This document shows, piece by piece, positions 52,261-63,800 of a DNA stretch of 64,000 nt. The notes beneath the pieces were generated by a model. That model worked only from the letters and a program-made list of their open reading frames with translations, was not told the DNA's origin and searched no databases. This DNA comes from Chiloscyllium plagiosum. Lineage: Eukaryota. The DNA is taken from assembly GCF_004010195.1 (NCBI RefSeq), contig NC_057754.1, positions 5,991,846 to 6,055,845 of the forward strand, in the 5' to 3' direction. A program made the position numbers and the translations under genes. Numbering within the stretch: the stretch's first letter is position 1; every line of letters starts with the position of its first letter.

Positions 52261-53503
52261 TAGATGTAACTGAAATGCTGGGACATGCAGGGTTATGGAC
52301 TAGGATTGGCAGAATGTGATCAGTGTGATTTATTTAACATTTCTCCAGAATATTAAACTCCAGTACAATTTGAAAAGTTATTAGCGTCATCAGACTTGAT
52401 CGACAAATGTCAGAAAAAAATATCAGAAAGTTAAAGCACAGATCGAGGCCACTTGGACCATCCCATATGTGTTGACTGTCATAGAACTCCCTAGGCTTTA
52501 CAGCTTTTGTACTCACCATTGAAAGCAACAATTTCAGACTGTGAACTCTGCCAAATATGTGGTTGAAATCATTGGGCTGGAAGCATGTTTCATTGCCCCA
52601 GATCATCAAATGTGCTATCTAAATGTACATCTTTTTTTCTATCTGTCTGAGTTAACAATCCGATGGACAGGTCAATGTCTGAGTGTCTTACCAAATCCCT
52701 GATTGAATCTGCCTTCCCCCACAAACTCAGGTGCCTCACCACTCACTGGGTCATGTGGAAACTCTGCCATTACAATGAAAACTGTTTTTGCTGTCACCAC
52801 TCCTCGTGCTTCCGCCTAATCCCCACTTCCCTTCATTAAATCCCAGCTGCCTCTAGCCCACCCACATGGGCATGATGAAGAGCATGACAGGAAAATGGAT
52901 TGAAACCGAGAGTTCAATACCCAAAATGAAATAGAAAGAAGAAAATAAACGGTGATTGTGGATCCCAGGAGATACAGACTCCAGGATTAGTCCTTGCGGG
53001 AATTCCTGCAGTAATACAAGACAGCATTCCATGATGAGTTAAACCCGGGTGGCAAGACAGGGAGCCACTGAACATGGGCAGGTTTAGTTCAAACACAGGA
53101 GGTTTGTTCAGTCAGTAACAGTGTGTTCGACAATGAGGTTAAGTGAACAGTGAGTGGAAATGTTACCACAAGCTGCCGATGGATAACTTGCATTGGAACA
53201 GGAGGAGGCCATCAGCCCCTCAACCCTGCGCTGCCATTCATGATGATCATAGCTGATGTGTGACCTAACGTACAACTTTCAAAACCCTTTCATTTCATCA
53301 ATAAACTTCTCTGCAACACACAAGATGAGTATTGTAAAACTAAACATCTGCAAATGCTGGGACATCAGAAACAAAATCAGAAGTTGCTGGAAAACTTCAG
53401 TAGTTCTGGCAGCATCGGTGGAGAGTGAACCGTTCGTGTCCAGTGACCAGTCCGGTGACCAGCTGCAGCTATCCATTCTGCTGTTTCTGTCACACTGGAA
53501 CAG

Positions 53504-54400
53504 GTTCTGGTGCGAGGGGAATGAGATTGTCAATAACAACTGACAAATAGGAGGATGTACTCAATCAGAATTAGGAATTCACTTACCCCTCCCAGTGGGA
53601 CACACACTGACAAACTCACACTGCGGTGAGGCCGTTCACCTGCCCCACGTATGGGAAGGGATTTACTCCATCTTACAATCTGCTGAGGCACCAGAGATGG
53701 CACAGTGGATTTCGACCCTTCACCTGCTCCATGTGTGAGAAAGGATTCATTCAAATCTCTCACCAGCCGAGACTTTAGTGCATTCACACTGGAGAGAGGC
53801 CATTCACCTGCTCAGTGTGTGGGAAAGCATTCACTCAGTCCTCTGACCTGCTTAAACAGCTGTGAGCTCACACTGGGGAAAGGTCATTCACTTGTTCCCT
53901 GTGTGGGTGGAGATTCACTCAAATGCAGCACCTGTGGAGTCTCTAGTGAGCCCACACAGGGGAGAGACCATTCAGATGGTCAGTGTGTGAGGAGGGATTC
54001 AGTGATTCATCCTCCCCCACCCCCCCGAGACCCCAGCGATCCCACACAGGGGGAGAGGCCATTCAGATGGTCAGTGTGTGAGAGGAGATTCAGTAATTCA
54101 TCCTGCCCCACTGAGAACCCAGTGAGCCCAAACTGCTGGAAAGCTCATTCAGATGCTCAGTGTGGGAGAAGGGATTCAGTGATTCATCGCTCCTGCTGAG
54201 ACTCCAAGGAGCCCACACTGAGGAGAGGCCATTCAGATGCTTAGTGTGGGAGAAGGGATTCAGTGATTATTCCTGCCCCCGAGATCCCAGCGGATTTATA
54301 CTGGGTAGGAGGTGTTCACCCCTCTGTGTGACAAGGGATTTGCTGCATCTTCAACACGATTGAGAGACCAGTGAGTGCTCACAGGGAAGTGGTCATACAC
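53504..54400 (+). pseudogene. C2H2 zinc-finger gene coding exon, pseudogenised (about 9-10 finger remnants)
   Basis: Frame from 53575: [99 protein letters not shown]; stops at 53608, 53776, 53863, 53944, 53947, later frameshifts; candidate acceptor cag| at 53503. Confidence 0.92.
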
Positions 54401-54639
54401 CTACACCATGTTGACTGCAGGATTCTCATTCTGATGTAACTGTCCATCAGAGTCAGGACATGATGACACTGTTGGAGTATTGATGTTGTTGTTGTTAACC
54501 ACATTAACTGGGCTGGAGTTGACTGAACTTAGATTGCCACTTTCTGAACCTCAGGGTACCTCTCTGGACAGTAAGTGTCCACAAACAGCAATGTGACAAG
54601 GAACAGGGATCATCTGTTTTGATTTAAATTGTGATTGTA

Positions 54640-54945
54640 GCCCGGCTGCTTCACAGCCTTGGAGTCCAGCCTTGGCCAACAGCCTGTGTGGAGTTCCCAC
54701 ATTCTCCCCATGATAGTGTGGGTCCCCTCCAGCTGCTCTGGTTTCCTCCCACAGTCCAAAGATGTGCAGGTCAGGTGGATCAGTCCTAAATTGACCACAG
54801 GATCCAGGATTGTGCAGACTAGGTAGATCAGCCATGGGAAATGCAGTGTTACAGTAAGAGTGCTCTCGGCGTGATGTTCTTCAGTTGGTCGGTGGGGTTT
54901 GATGGGCCAATGCTCTCCTTCCACACTGTCGTGATTCTATTCTAT
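54640..54945 (+). mobile_element. Diverged HE1/V-SINE-type SINE
   Basis: tgtgtggagttcccacattctcccc..ggtttcctcccacagtccaaagatgtgcagg; (attct)n tail. Confidence 0.8.
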
Positions 54946-55200
54946 GATTGAGGATAAAGCAGGGTGTCCTTGGAGAAGGAACATGTGGTGTGCATCAGTG
55001 CTCTCGATGCCTTCAGATAGAGGTGGGCATCTTAGTGGATACAGTGCTTCATCTCCACCATTGCACCCCTCCCCACAACTCTACCTTGATTTTGTCCCTT
55101 CTCATTCTGTCACTTGTAATGGCTTGCTTGGCCAGTAATGGGCTTTGTTTATAAATATTCAATTGGTAACACAAATGGTTTACTGCTGGTGATTATGTGT

Positions 55201-55342
55201 CTAGATTAGAGTGGTGCTGGAAATGCACAGCAGGTCAGGCAGGATCCGAGGAGCCAGAAAATCAATGTTTTGGCAAGAGCCCTTTTCCAGCACCACTCTG
55301 ATCTAGGCTCTGGTTTCCAGCATCTGCGGTCCTCACTTTTGC
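55201..55342. mobile_element. 142-bp Penelope pLTR insert with inverted 5' half and ~19-bp TSD
   Basis: ctagattagagtggtgctggaaa is inverted relative to ttccagcaccactctgatctag; flanks actgctggtgatta-tgtgt (55182) and actgctggtgatta-catgt (55343). Confidence 0.8.
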
Positions 55343-56819
55343 ACTGCTGGTGATTACATGTTAGCCAAAAGCAAAATGGCGTAATGATGATTTTGATGGT
55401 GGAAAGGTTGCTGTGATAACATTTCTGGGTCGGAGAAATGGGGAAAAAGAACGCTTCACAGCTCACAGAACGAGAACTGAAAAGCAGTTAAATCAAACCT
55501 CAGACATGGAACCAATATTTCCCTGGAGTTTGATTAACTGGAAAGTGATGGTGTCCGGGAATAGACAAGATTTTGTTTTACAGGAGGTTGAAAGTTTTAA
55601 AACTGTTATATTCAGACAGTTCCATTTATTTTCTTTAATTTTATTTGCTGTGCAAAAAACTTTTACAACATTTTAAAGTCAAAATGTACAAACCTTGTGT
55701 TAAAGATAAATGTTAAATAAAATCCATCAAACCATCCCTCACTGAAAACTGTTGTGGAGGTGCAATCTCCTGGAGAATCCCTGCTCACTTCTTCCTACCC
55801 GGGTTCCATGACTACATACATACCTGGGAGATAGCAGCAGGAGGCCATTCAGCCTTTCAATCCTGCTCCACCAATCAATGGGAAACAGCTGATCATTCAG
55901 CTCAGTCTTCTGTTCCTGTTGTGCTCCAATCCCCTTTCATGACTTTACCTCGAAGAACTATATCGAAGTCCTCCTTTGGCTTCACTGCCTTTTGTTCCAG
56001 TGATGTTGCTGTGTTACTGTGTGGGTGTAGGCAGGGGTAATGTGATGGTGCTGCCTCCTGGAGGATGTACTCAGCATGCCTCATCATCCTGCAGTAACAT
56101 CAACCGGGGTTCAGCAACTCGAGATAGATACCATTTCCAGGATATGGGCATCACTGACTCAGCCAGCATTTATTCCCCATCTCTAGATACCCTTGAGAAC
56201 ACGGTAGTGAGCTGCTATCTTGAACCACTCGCAGTCCATTTGGTGCAGAGAGACCGACAATGCTGGGAGGGAGAGTGTTGCAGGATTTTGGCCCAGTGAT
56301 TCTCTATCTTTGGCTCTTCAAATATTGTTAAACTTAATCACCAGTCTGCAAATCTTCACCATCTCACACCCTGTATAAAGGAATATGTACAGATTAGAAA
56401 TTCAGAACAGATAATTCTAATTTCTCTGGTATATTTTTTCCCTTTGTTTCCCCAAAGCTGTAACCGTCCAGCCCACTTACTCACTCCCACCATTCTGACT
56501 CTGCTGTCCCCTAATGTACACCCTCCCCATTCTCATGGAATAACTGATAAACAGATCCATGCCACCACTTTCCGTCCCAGGTTAGACTCTGCATCCTTTC
56601 TGGGTTCACTTCCTTTCCCTTCAGTTGCTGCAAGTGAATAATGTAACAGCAGAATGAAACAGGGAGATGGCAGATCCTGGACAGAAGAGGAACCTTCAGG
56701 CTGGGAGAATGGGTCAGATCCTTGTTTGTTTCTCAGAGGTCGATTCCCAGCATTACAACAAGTTGGGAATGGAACTTGGTTCCACGTGAGTGTGATGGCA
56801 CTTTGACACCCCCCACAAC

Positions 56820-57000
56820 TGATCAATACTATAAGCAGATGTGCCCCTTCTCCACCCAATCACAGTGTGAATGCTTTCTGCTGGTTACCCAAAACACATG
56901 CTCCAAAACCCATTCACATTCTGTACATGTACAGTACCAGGTTTCCCTGCACACATGTGATCCCTGCCTCAGGGATTGTGGGAGTTATAGTCCCCATGAA
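56820..57000. promoter_or_regulatory. Possible decayed promoter (ZNF143/SBS-like site, CCAAT, eroded NRF1-like palindrome)
   Basis: Minus strand gactataactcccacaatccc at 56972-56992; ccaatca ~56857; tgtacatgtaca ~56922. Confidence 0.3.
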
Positions 57001-57072
57001 GCCTCTGGAGAACTGTTTCTGGAAAGTGAATGAAAAGTGTGGGGTGGAGGGTGTTGTGTATCCGATCCCCAT

Positions 57073-57337
57073 NNNNNNNNNNNNNNNNNNNNNNNNNNNN
57101 NNNNNNNNNNNNNNNNNNNNNNNNNNNNNNNNNNNNNNNNNNNNNNNNNNNNNNNNNNNNNNNNNNNNNNNNNNNNNNNNNNNNNNNNNNNNNNNNNNNN
57201 NNNNNNNNNNNNNNNNNNNNNNNNNNNNNNNNNNNNNNNNNNNNNNNNNNNNNNNNNNNNNNNNNNNNNNNNNNNNNNNNNNNNNNNNNNNNNNNNNNNN
57301 NNNNNNNNNNNNNNNNNNNNNNNNNNNNNNNNNNNNA
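57073..57337. other. Assembly gap
   Basis: Run of N. Confidence 1.
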
Positions 57338-57344
57338 CTATAGG

Positions 57345-58270
57345 GACTCTATTCTATTCTCATGAGGAAGAATGTACCTATCTCAATGTGTTCTGAATTT
57401 GTGGAATTCCCTATTCAAAATGCAGTGGATGCCAGGGCAATGAGCAACCTTAATGAAAAGATACAGATGTTTAATTTGCAATGAGTTGAAGGGTGAGAGA
57501 GAGCAGGCGGGAAAATCCAGCTGAGAGCAAGGTGAGCTCAATCATTACCGTATTAAATGGTGGAGATGGTTCGAAGGGCTGCATTGACTCTCCTGTGCGC
57601 AGTGCTTTTCTTCTTACGGTAATAATTGGAAAGCTGAATCCAAAAATCACCACCTTCAGAAAATGCAGGATACTCAGATGGATTAGCATTCCAAACTTAG
57701 ATAGTGAGGAAGCGAGTAGGAGATAATGATTTTGCAATTTTACACTGAGGGGACACAGTGATTTATGGTTTTCGACTGTGTAGGACATTCACACCGTCCA
57801 GAATACTCTGTTGTGAATATCTATCCTGTACTTTACTACAAAGCCAAGGTCTCTGACAATGAAACCCAAAACATCGCCTCCCCACGTAATCTGATAAAAG
57901 ACTTGAGAAGTCTGGTTGAATTTAGAACACAGATGGAAAATGGGAAGATTAAATCCAATCCCAAGATCCTGTGCTTAAACAAAGGAGACGACAATAAGAT
58001 GAGCCAGGAGTTGGCTAATATAAAGTGGAAGCAAAGACTTTAGGGTGGGACAGTTGACAGACAGTGGAGGAATATCAAAGAATATTTCAAACTGCTCAGC
58101 AAAAACATATATCAGTGAAAAGGAAGGACTGTAAGAAAAGGAGTAATCTGCCGTGGGTGGGTAAGGAAATAATGGAGTCTGTCAAATTGAAATAGAAGGC
58201 ATACAAATTGGTAAAAACCAAGGAGAAACCAGGAGATTAGAAAAACTTCAAAGATCATCAGAAAGCTTGA
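57345..58270 (+). mobile_element. CR1 fragments (3' end ~57345-57600; EN-RT linker ~57910-58270)
   Basis: ttgtggaattccctatt; ILCLNKGDDNKMSQELANIKWKQRL. Confidence 0.65.
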
Positions 58271-58413
58271 TGGGATTCGGGATAAAATGTAATGAGTAGC
58301 TATCTGCAGGGACAGAATAGCAATTTACACTGCTGGAGGGGAACCTATTGTTTGGGGAACATATGGCCTCTGTAATTATTGAAGCACTTAACTGTTACCA
58401 AAAAGATAATCCC

Positions 58414-59185
58414 GATTAAGTTAAAACTCATAGCACACTCCAAAAACTTGTATTTCCAAATAAACCTGTTGGACTATAACCTAGTGTTGTGTGGTTTTTA
58501 ACTTTGTTGATCCCACATCAACCCCGGCTCCTCCAAAGCAGAATCCTGATAGACAGCCCCACTGAAACTGAAGCGCCTGTCAGGCACTTGAGGGAGCCAA
58601 AGGGGCGTGGGTGGAGGGGTGCATGGTTTAACCACAAAGGGCTGAACAGAACTAGACTTTTTAACTGCTGTTGCCATAAAGAGATAGTCTCTATTCACAA
58701 ACAACAAAGGTAGAAGAATGGGAGCTGTACACCGGACAGGCGGGGAGTTACCTGATGCTGCCTGAAGGCATTCTGCACGTAAAATGTCCAGGTAACGATT
58801 AAGTTAAAACTCATAGCACACTCCAAAAACTTGTATTTCCAAATAAACCTGTTGGACTATAACCTAGTGTTGTGTGGTTTTTAACTTTGTTGATCCCACA
58901 TCAACCCCGGTTCCTCCAAAGCAGAATCCTGACAGACAGCCCCACTGAAACTGAAGCGCCTGTCAGGCACTTGAGGGAGCCAAAGGGGCGTGTGTGGAGG
59001 GGTGCGTGGTTTAACCACAAAGGGCTGAACAGAACTAGACTTTTTAACTGCTGTTGCCATAAAGAGATAGTCTCTATTCAAAGTCACAAACCACAAAGGT
59101 AGAAGAATGGGAGCTGTACACCGGACAGGCGGGGAGTTACCTGATGCTGCCTGAAGGCATTCTGCACGTAAAATGTCCAGGTAAC
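58414..59185 (+). repeat. Recent direct tandem duplication, period 383 bp
   Basis: 58414-58796 and 58797-59185 are nearly identical; the second copy has a ~6-bp insertion. Confidence 0.97.
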
Positions 59186-59279
59186 TACCATGTCTCATCA
59201 ATAAAGACTCAAAGAAGACCTCTCAGAGTTATGTGCCTATTTATTCCTACCTAGCAGGGTTCAGGAATATGGAGACACA

Positions 59280-59975
59280 GCAGTCAGTCTTCACAGTGGA
59301 GGATATGAAGAACATGCCAGGAATTGATAAGGAGACTGAGGAAGGTGAGGACCTAGATAATAACCATTATCATGAAAGAGTTAGAGCTGGGCAAGCTGAT
59401 GGAGCTAAACGTAGACAAGTCTCTTTGCCCTGATAGAATACATCCCAAGATACCAACAGAGTTAGGGGGATAAATAGCAAATGCACTTAGTCATAGAATC
59501 CTACAGCAGTAACAGGCCCTTTGGCCCAAAGTGGCCCATGCCGAACAGAATGTCCATCCATGCTAACCCCATTTCCATGCACTTGGCCCATCTGCTTCTG
59601 AAACTTTCCTATCCATGTATTTGTCCAAATGCCTTTCACATGTTGTTAATGTACCCACCTCAACCACTTCCACTGGCAGCTGATTCCATATACATACCAC
59701 CCTCTGTGTAGAACGGTTGCCCCTCAGGGCTCCCTTTTAGTCTTTCTCCTCTAACCTTAAACTGATGCCCTCCAGTCCTCATTCCCTGGGAAAAAGACTG
59801 AGTGCACTCACCTTACCCAAGCCTCTCATGATCTTATACAATTCTTTAATATATTCCCCCTCGGTTTCCTCTGCTATAAACAAAAGAGTCCTCGCTTGTC
59901 TAACCTCTCCCGGTAACTCAGACCCCCGAGATCTGGCATCATCCTTGTAAATGTCTTCTGCACCTTTCCAGTTTA
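59280..59975. mobile_element. CR1 linker fragment (+, to ~59490) followed by a CR1 3' end (-, ~59490-59975)
   Basis: SVFTVEDMKNMP on +; KELYKIMRGLGKV on -; tail agtcatagaatcctacagca. Confidence 0.85.
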
Positions 59976-60440
59976 ATAACTGAAACCTAAACTGCATCCA
60001 TCACATTTCCCGTGTTTCCCCACGGCGCTGGAACTAACGTGACAACACCAATGGATTACAATCCATGATCGATAATTCACTCCGTTACAACAATCCCATT
60101 TTCATAGCTTTTTCCATGATGCAGCAATTCTTTTGTCTTTCTGGTTTCATGGTAAATTGTCCTCATACAAAACCAATCTGGGGGTTAACTGTTTCTGGGA
60201 AATGTGCCACGATTTTTTAGACTTTCAAAAACCAAATGAAATTTCTCTGCACAGTCCCCACGCTAACACGGACTTCGCAGTCTCAGTACTTTTTCCAGTC
60301 ACGCTGACATTTTAGATATTTGTCCACAGGCAGAATGCGTACCTTTCCATCCAGATGAAAAGGCCAATGATATCCGAATCGGCACGGATCAAGTAATTTC
60401 AATGTGAATTTCTCAACTACAAATCCCCCCTTTCAGTACT
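59976..60440 (-). pseudogene. Heavily eroded C2H2 zinc-finger coding exon, truncated by CR1
   Basis: Acceptor ctttgttttctctgttgtag| at 60441; MEK at 60117 then, after a frameshift, DCCNGVNYRSWIVIHWCCH and KCDGCSLGFSY* (CxxC..F, HxxxH spacing). Confidence 0.6.
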
Positions 60441-60831
60441 CTACAACAGAGAAAACAAAGAGTGCTGGAGATCCACAGCAGGTCTGTCAGCATCTGAAAT
60501 GGTGACAGATGCAGGAAACATTGCCGCCTTGAAGAAGTGTTTAGATGATCACACCAGGTACGTGCACTTGCTGACCAATATGGAGAAGATGGGGGCATTG
60601 TGTTCAACAGTTTTATGCCAGAGACTCTGACCCCATTTTATTCCGTGTTTCTCTGAGATTCCCTCTTTTCAGAAGCAGGCAGGAGTGGGAAGCAGTGGAG
60701 AATGTAAATGATGTGTGACCTTCCTAGTGAGAGGATTCGAGTACCGGAGCAGGGATCCCTTTCTGGAAGGGCCTTGGCGAGACCACACCTGGAGTACTGC
60801 ATGTACCTTTGTTCCCCTTTCCCAAGGAGAG

Positions 60832-63800
60832 CTATCCTGGTTATTGAGAGAGTAAAGGAGGGACACCAGCCTGACTCCTGGGATGTGGAGATAGTTAAGG
60901 GCTGCAGATGCTGGAAGTCAGAGTTTATACAATGTTGATCTGGGGAAGTGCAGCAGGTCAGGCAGCATCAGAGGGGCAGGAAAGTTGATGTTCTGGGTCA
61001 GGACACTTTATCAGACCGGATGTATAGTCCTGACCCGAAACATCAACTTTCCAGCCCCATCGTATCCACGCTGGTCATCAAGTGCCTATTTATTCTAGTC
61101 CCACGTTCTGGCACTCAATGTAACACCTTGGTGTGATCATCTAAACACTTCTGCAAGGCTGCAATGTTTCCGGCATCTGTCACCATTTCAGATGCTGACA
61201 GACCTGCTGAGGATGTCCAGCAATTTATCTTCTTATTGCAGATTTCCACCATTTTGCTGAAGCACATAGAGTCATAGACATGTATACAGCTCCATATTTT
61301 GTTGACTCATATTTCTGAGAGAACTGATGGCTGAAGAGGGACTCAATCCTCGTTTAACCCTTTCTTTGGCTTTCTGAGCTGCTGACTACATCACTAATAT
61401 TCTCCCTCCCATTCCCTGACCTGAATTTGACCCATCTAAGCCGACACTTTAGTTCCCAACCCCCTGCCAGGCTAGGTAAAACCTCACCAATGGAACTGCA
61501 AAAGCCCCCATCAGATTTGTCTCAGCTCTGCCCAGGGGTAACCGGTCAGGCTGGTATAGGTCCCACCCAGAAACAGTCCCAGTGCCTGAAGAACTTAAAC
61601 CTTTCTCTGGTACACCATTTCCCCAGCCACACATCCAGCTGATCTACCCTCTTATTCCTCCTCTCACTAGCAAATGGCACTGGGAGTAAGTCTGACCTTA
61701 TTACATTTCAGGAGCTACATTTTAATGCATCTCTTCAAAGTTTGTGTGAAGATTTGTAGCTCGGGTGCTCATTGTTTTGGTTCTGTTCGCCGAGCTGGAA
61801 GTTTTTGTTGCAAACGTTTCGTCCCCTGTCTAGGTGACATCCTCAGTGCTTGGGAGCCTCCTGTGAAGCGGTTCTGTGGTGTTTCCTCCGGTATTTATAG
61901 TGGCCTGTCCCTGCCGCTTCCTGTTGTCAGTTCCACCTGTCCGCTGTAGTGGCCGGTATATTGGGTCCAGGTCGATGTGTTTGTTGATGGGAGTTCGTGG
62001 ATGAGTGCCATGCTTCTAGGAATTCAGAACAGCCAGGGAATTCCTAGAAGCATGGCACTCATCCACAAACTCCATCAACAAATACATCGACCTGGACCCA
62101 ATATACTGGCCACTACAGCGGACAGCTGTAACTGACAACCACAGGAAAGATCACAGAAGCGTTTCACAGGAGGCTCCCAAGCTCTGAGGATGTCACCTAG
62201 ACAGGGACGAAACATTTGCAACAAAAACTTCCAGCTCGTTTAATGCATCTCGGCTCTCCCTATATCTAGCTTTCAGGCCCTCATCCCTCTGTTTAGCGAT
62301 GTTGTTGGTATCTGTGTGTTCCACCACCACGGGCTGTTTAACTTCCAGCTCCAGAATGTCCTGCAGCCGCTCCATGATATCGCGGATCCTAGCTTTATGG
62401 AGGTAACGTACCATCCTGGATTCACGTCTATGGTCACAGCAGTGCCCGCTCTAACGCTGAGCATTAAATCCCCTGTCACTATAGCCATGTTTCCTCTCTT
62501 TCCTCCCACTCTGTGCAGCGGAACTCTTTGTGGTGGCATGACCCTGGCTGGTGCTGATTTCCCGAGAAGTTACTCCACCCATTCCCACCCTTACAGAATC
62601 CCAAGCGGGATACAGTATCTGTATGAGAAGGGGATGACCACTGGGGACCCCTGCACCCCCTTCCTGAGACTTTTACTTGATCTGATGGTCTCCCATTCCC
62701 TTTCTGCCTGTGCAGCCCTCACCTGCAGTGTGACTAACTCACTAAACATGCTGTCCATAACCTTCTCAGATGCTGCGCAGTGAGTCCACTCACAGCTCCA
62801 GGTCTGAAAAGCAGTTTCCCAGTAACTGCAGATGGACACACTTGCAGCACACATAGCCGTCAGGCACACTGGAAGCGTCCCTTATTTCCCACACTGTACA
62901 AGTGGACCACACCACAGGTCTGAGGTCTCCTACGACAACATCTCTCTACATTCATCTCGTTACTCCCGTTAAGAAAATTTAAATGAGTGAGCAACCTTCC
63001 TTCACTTCAAACATGTACATTATAATAATAAAAATCTTTACTTCAGCAGATATATCATACTTTAAAACCTTAAATACTCCGCAGGTATCACTGAGAAATT
63101 GGCTGTTCCCATTGGGACCACGTGAATTACTGAATGGCCTGAACTGAACCTGAGTTTCAGCTTCATCTTCTCCCGGTCTCACCTCACTATATACACCCAA
63201 CTCCAAAACACTCTCATTGAGCCAAGCAGCCCTCACAGTGCAGCCCTGTCATTTTCAATGTCTGCTCACACCTACACTGCCCTCAGCCTCCTGTACTGTT
63301 CCAATGCATCTCAATGGGAGCTCAGGAACAGTATCTCATCTTTCAGTTCAGCCCTTTGTAACCCCAGAGTCAACATGGACTTCAGCAGTTTCTGGATGAA
63401 CAGACAGTTGTCAGAATCTGGAATGTTCCACCTGAAATGGTGCTGGAATTTGAGTCCACAAGGAAATTCAATGAGAAGCTTGCAGGGAATTGGAAGTAGG
63501 GAGTTTACAGTTAACATCATGAAGTTGGTGACTGGGACTATATCTGGCATTTGGATAAATCTGTGCTCTCTCTCAGGCCAATACCTCCTTCCACAGCTGC
63601 AGGGCCAAGAATTGAACACATACCCAAAGGATGATCTGACCATGAACTTGAACATCTTTCTGCTTTTTGCTTGACAAAACTATTGGCGATATTTTCCCAG
63701 ACTGAACAAACCTTTCTCTTCCACAGTTAAATGCCAATCATATTCAGATCGTGATGACTCTGTGGACTGTAGAAACTGGCTTTTGAGATCCCAGTCTCAA

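Noticed and set aside
52325..52620. Minus-strand terminal exon with AATAAA at ~52331-52336 and a 91-aa ORF
   Set aside because: It weakly resembles the sequence after the + strand ZF exon (ctggagtt), but has no good acceptor or recognisable domain.
53025..53075. C/D-box snoRNA (ATGATGA...CTGA)
   Set aside because: Only ~40 nt between the boxes, no terminal stem, and no recognisable guide.
53705..54199. 164-aa ORF as a gene
   Set aside because: Mostly an off-frame reading of the ZF pseudogene.
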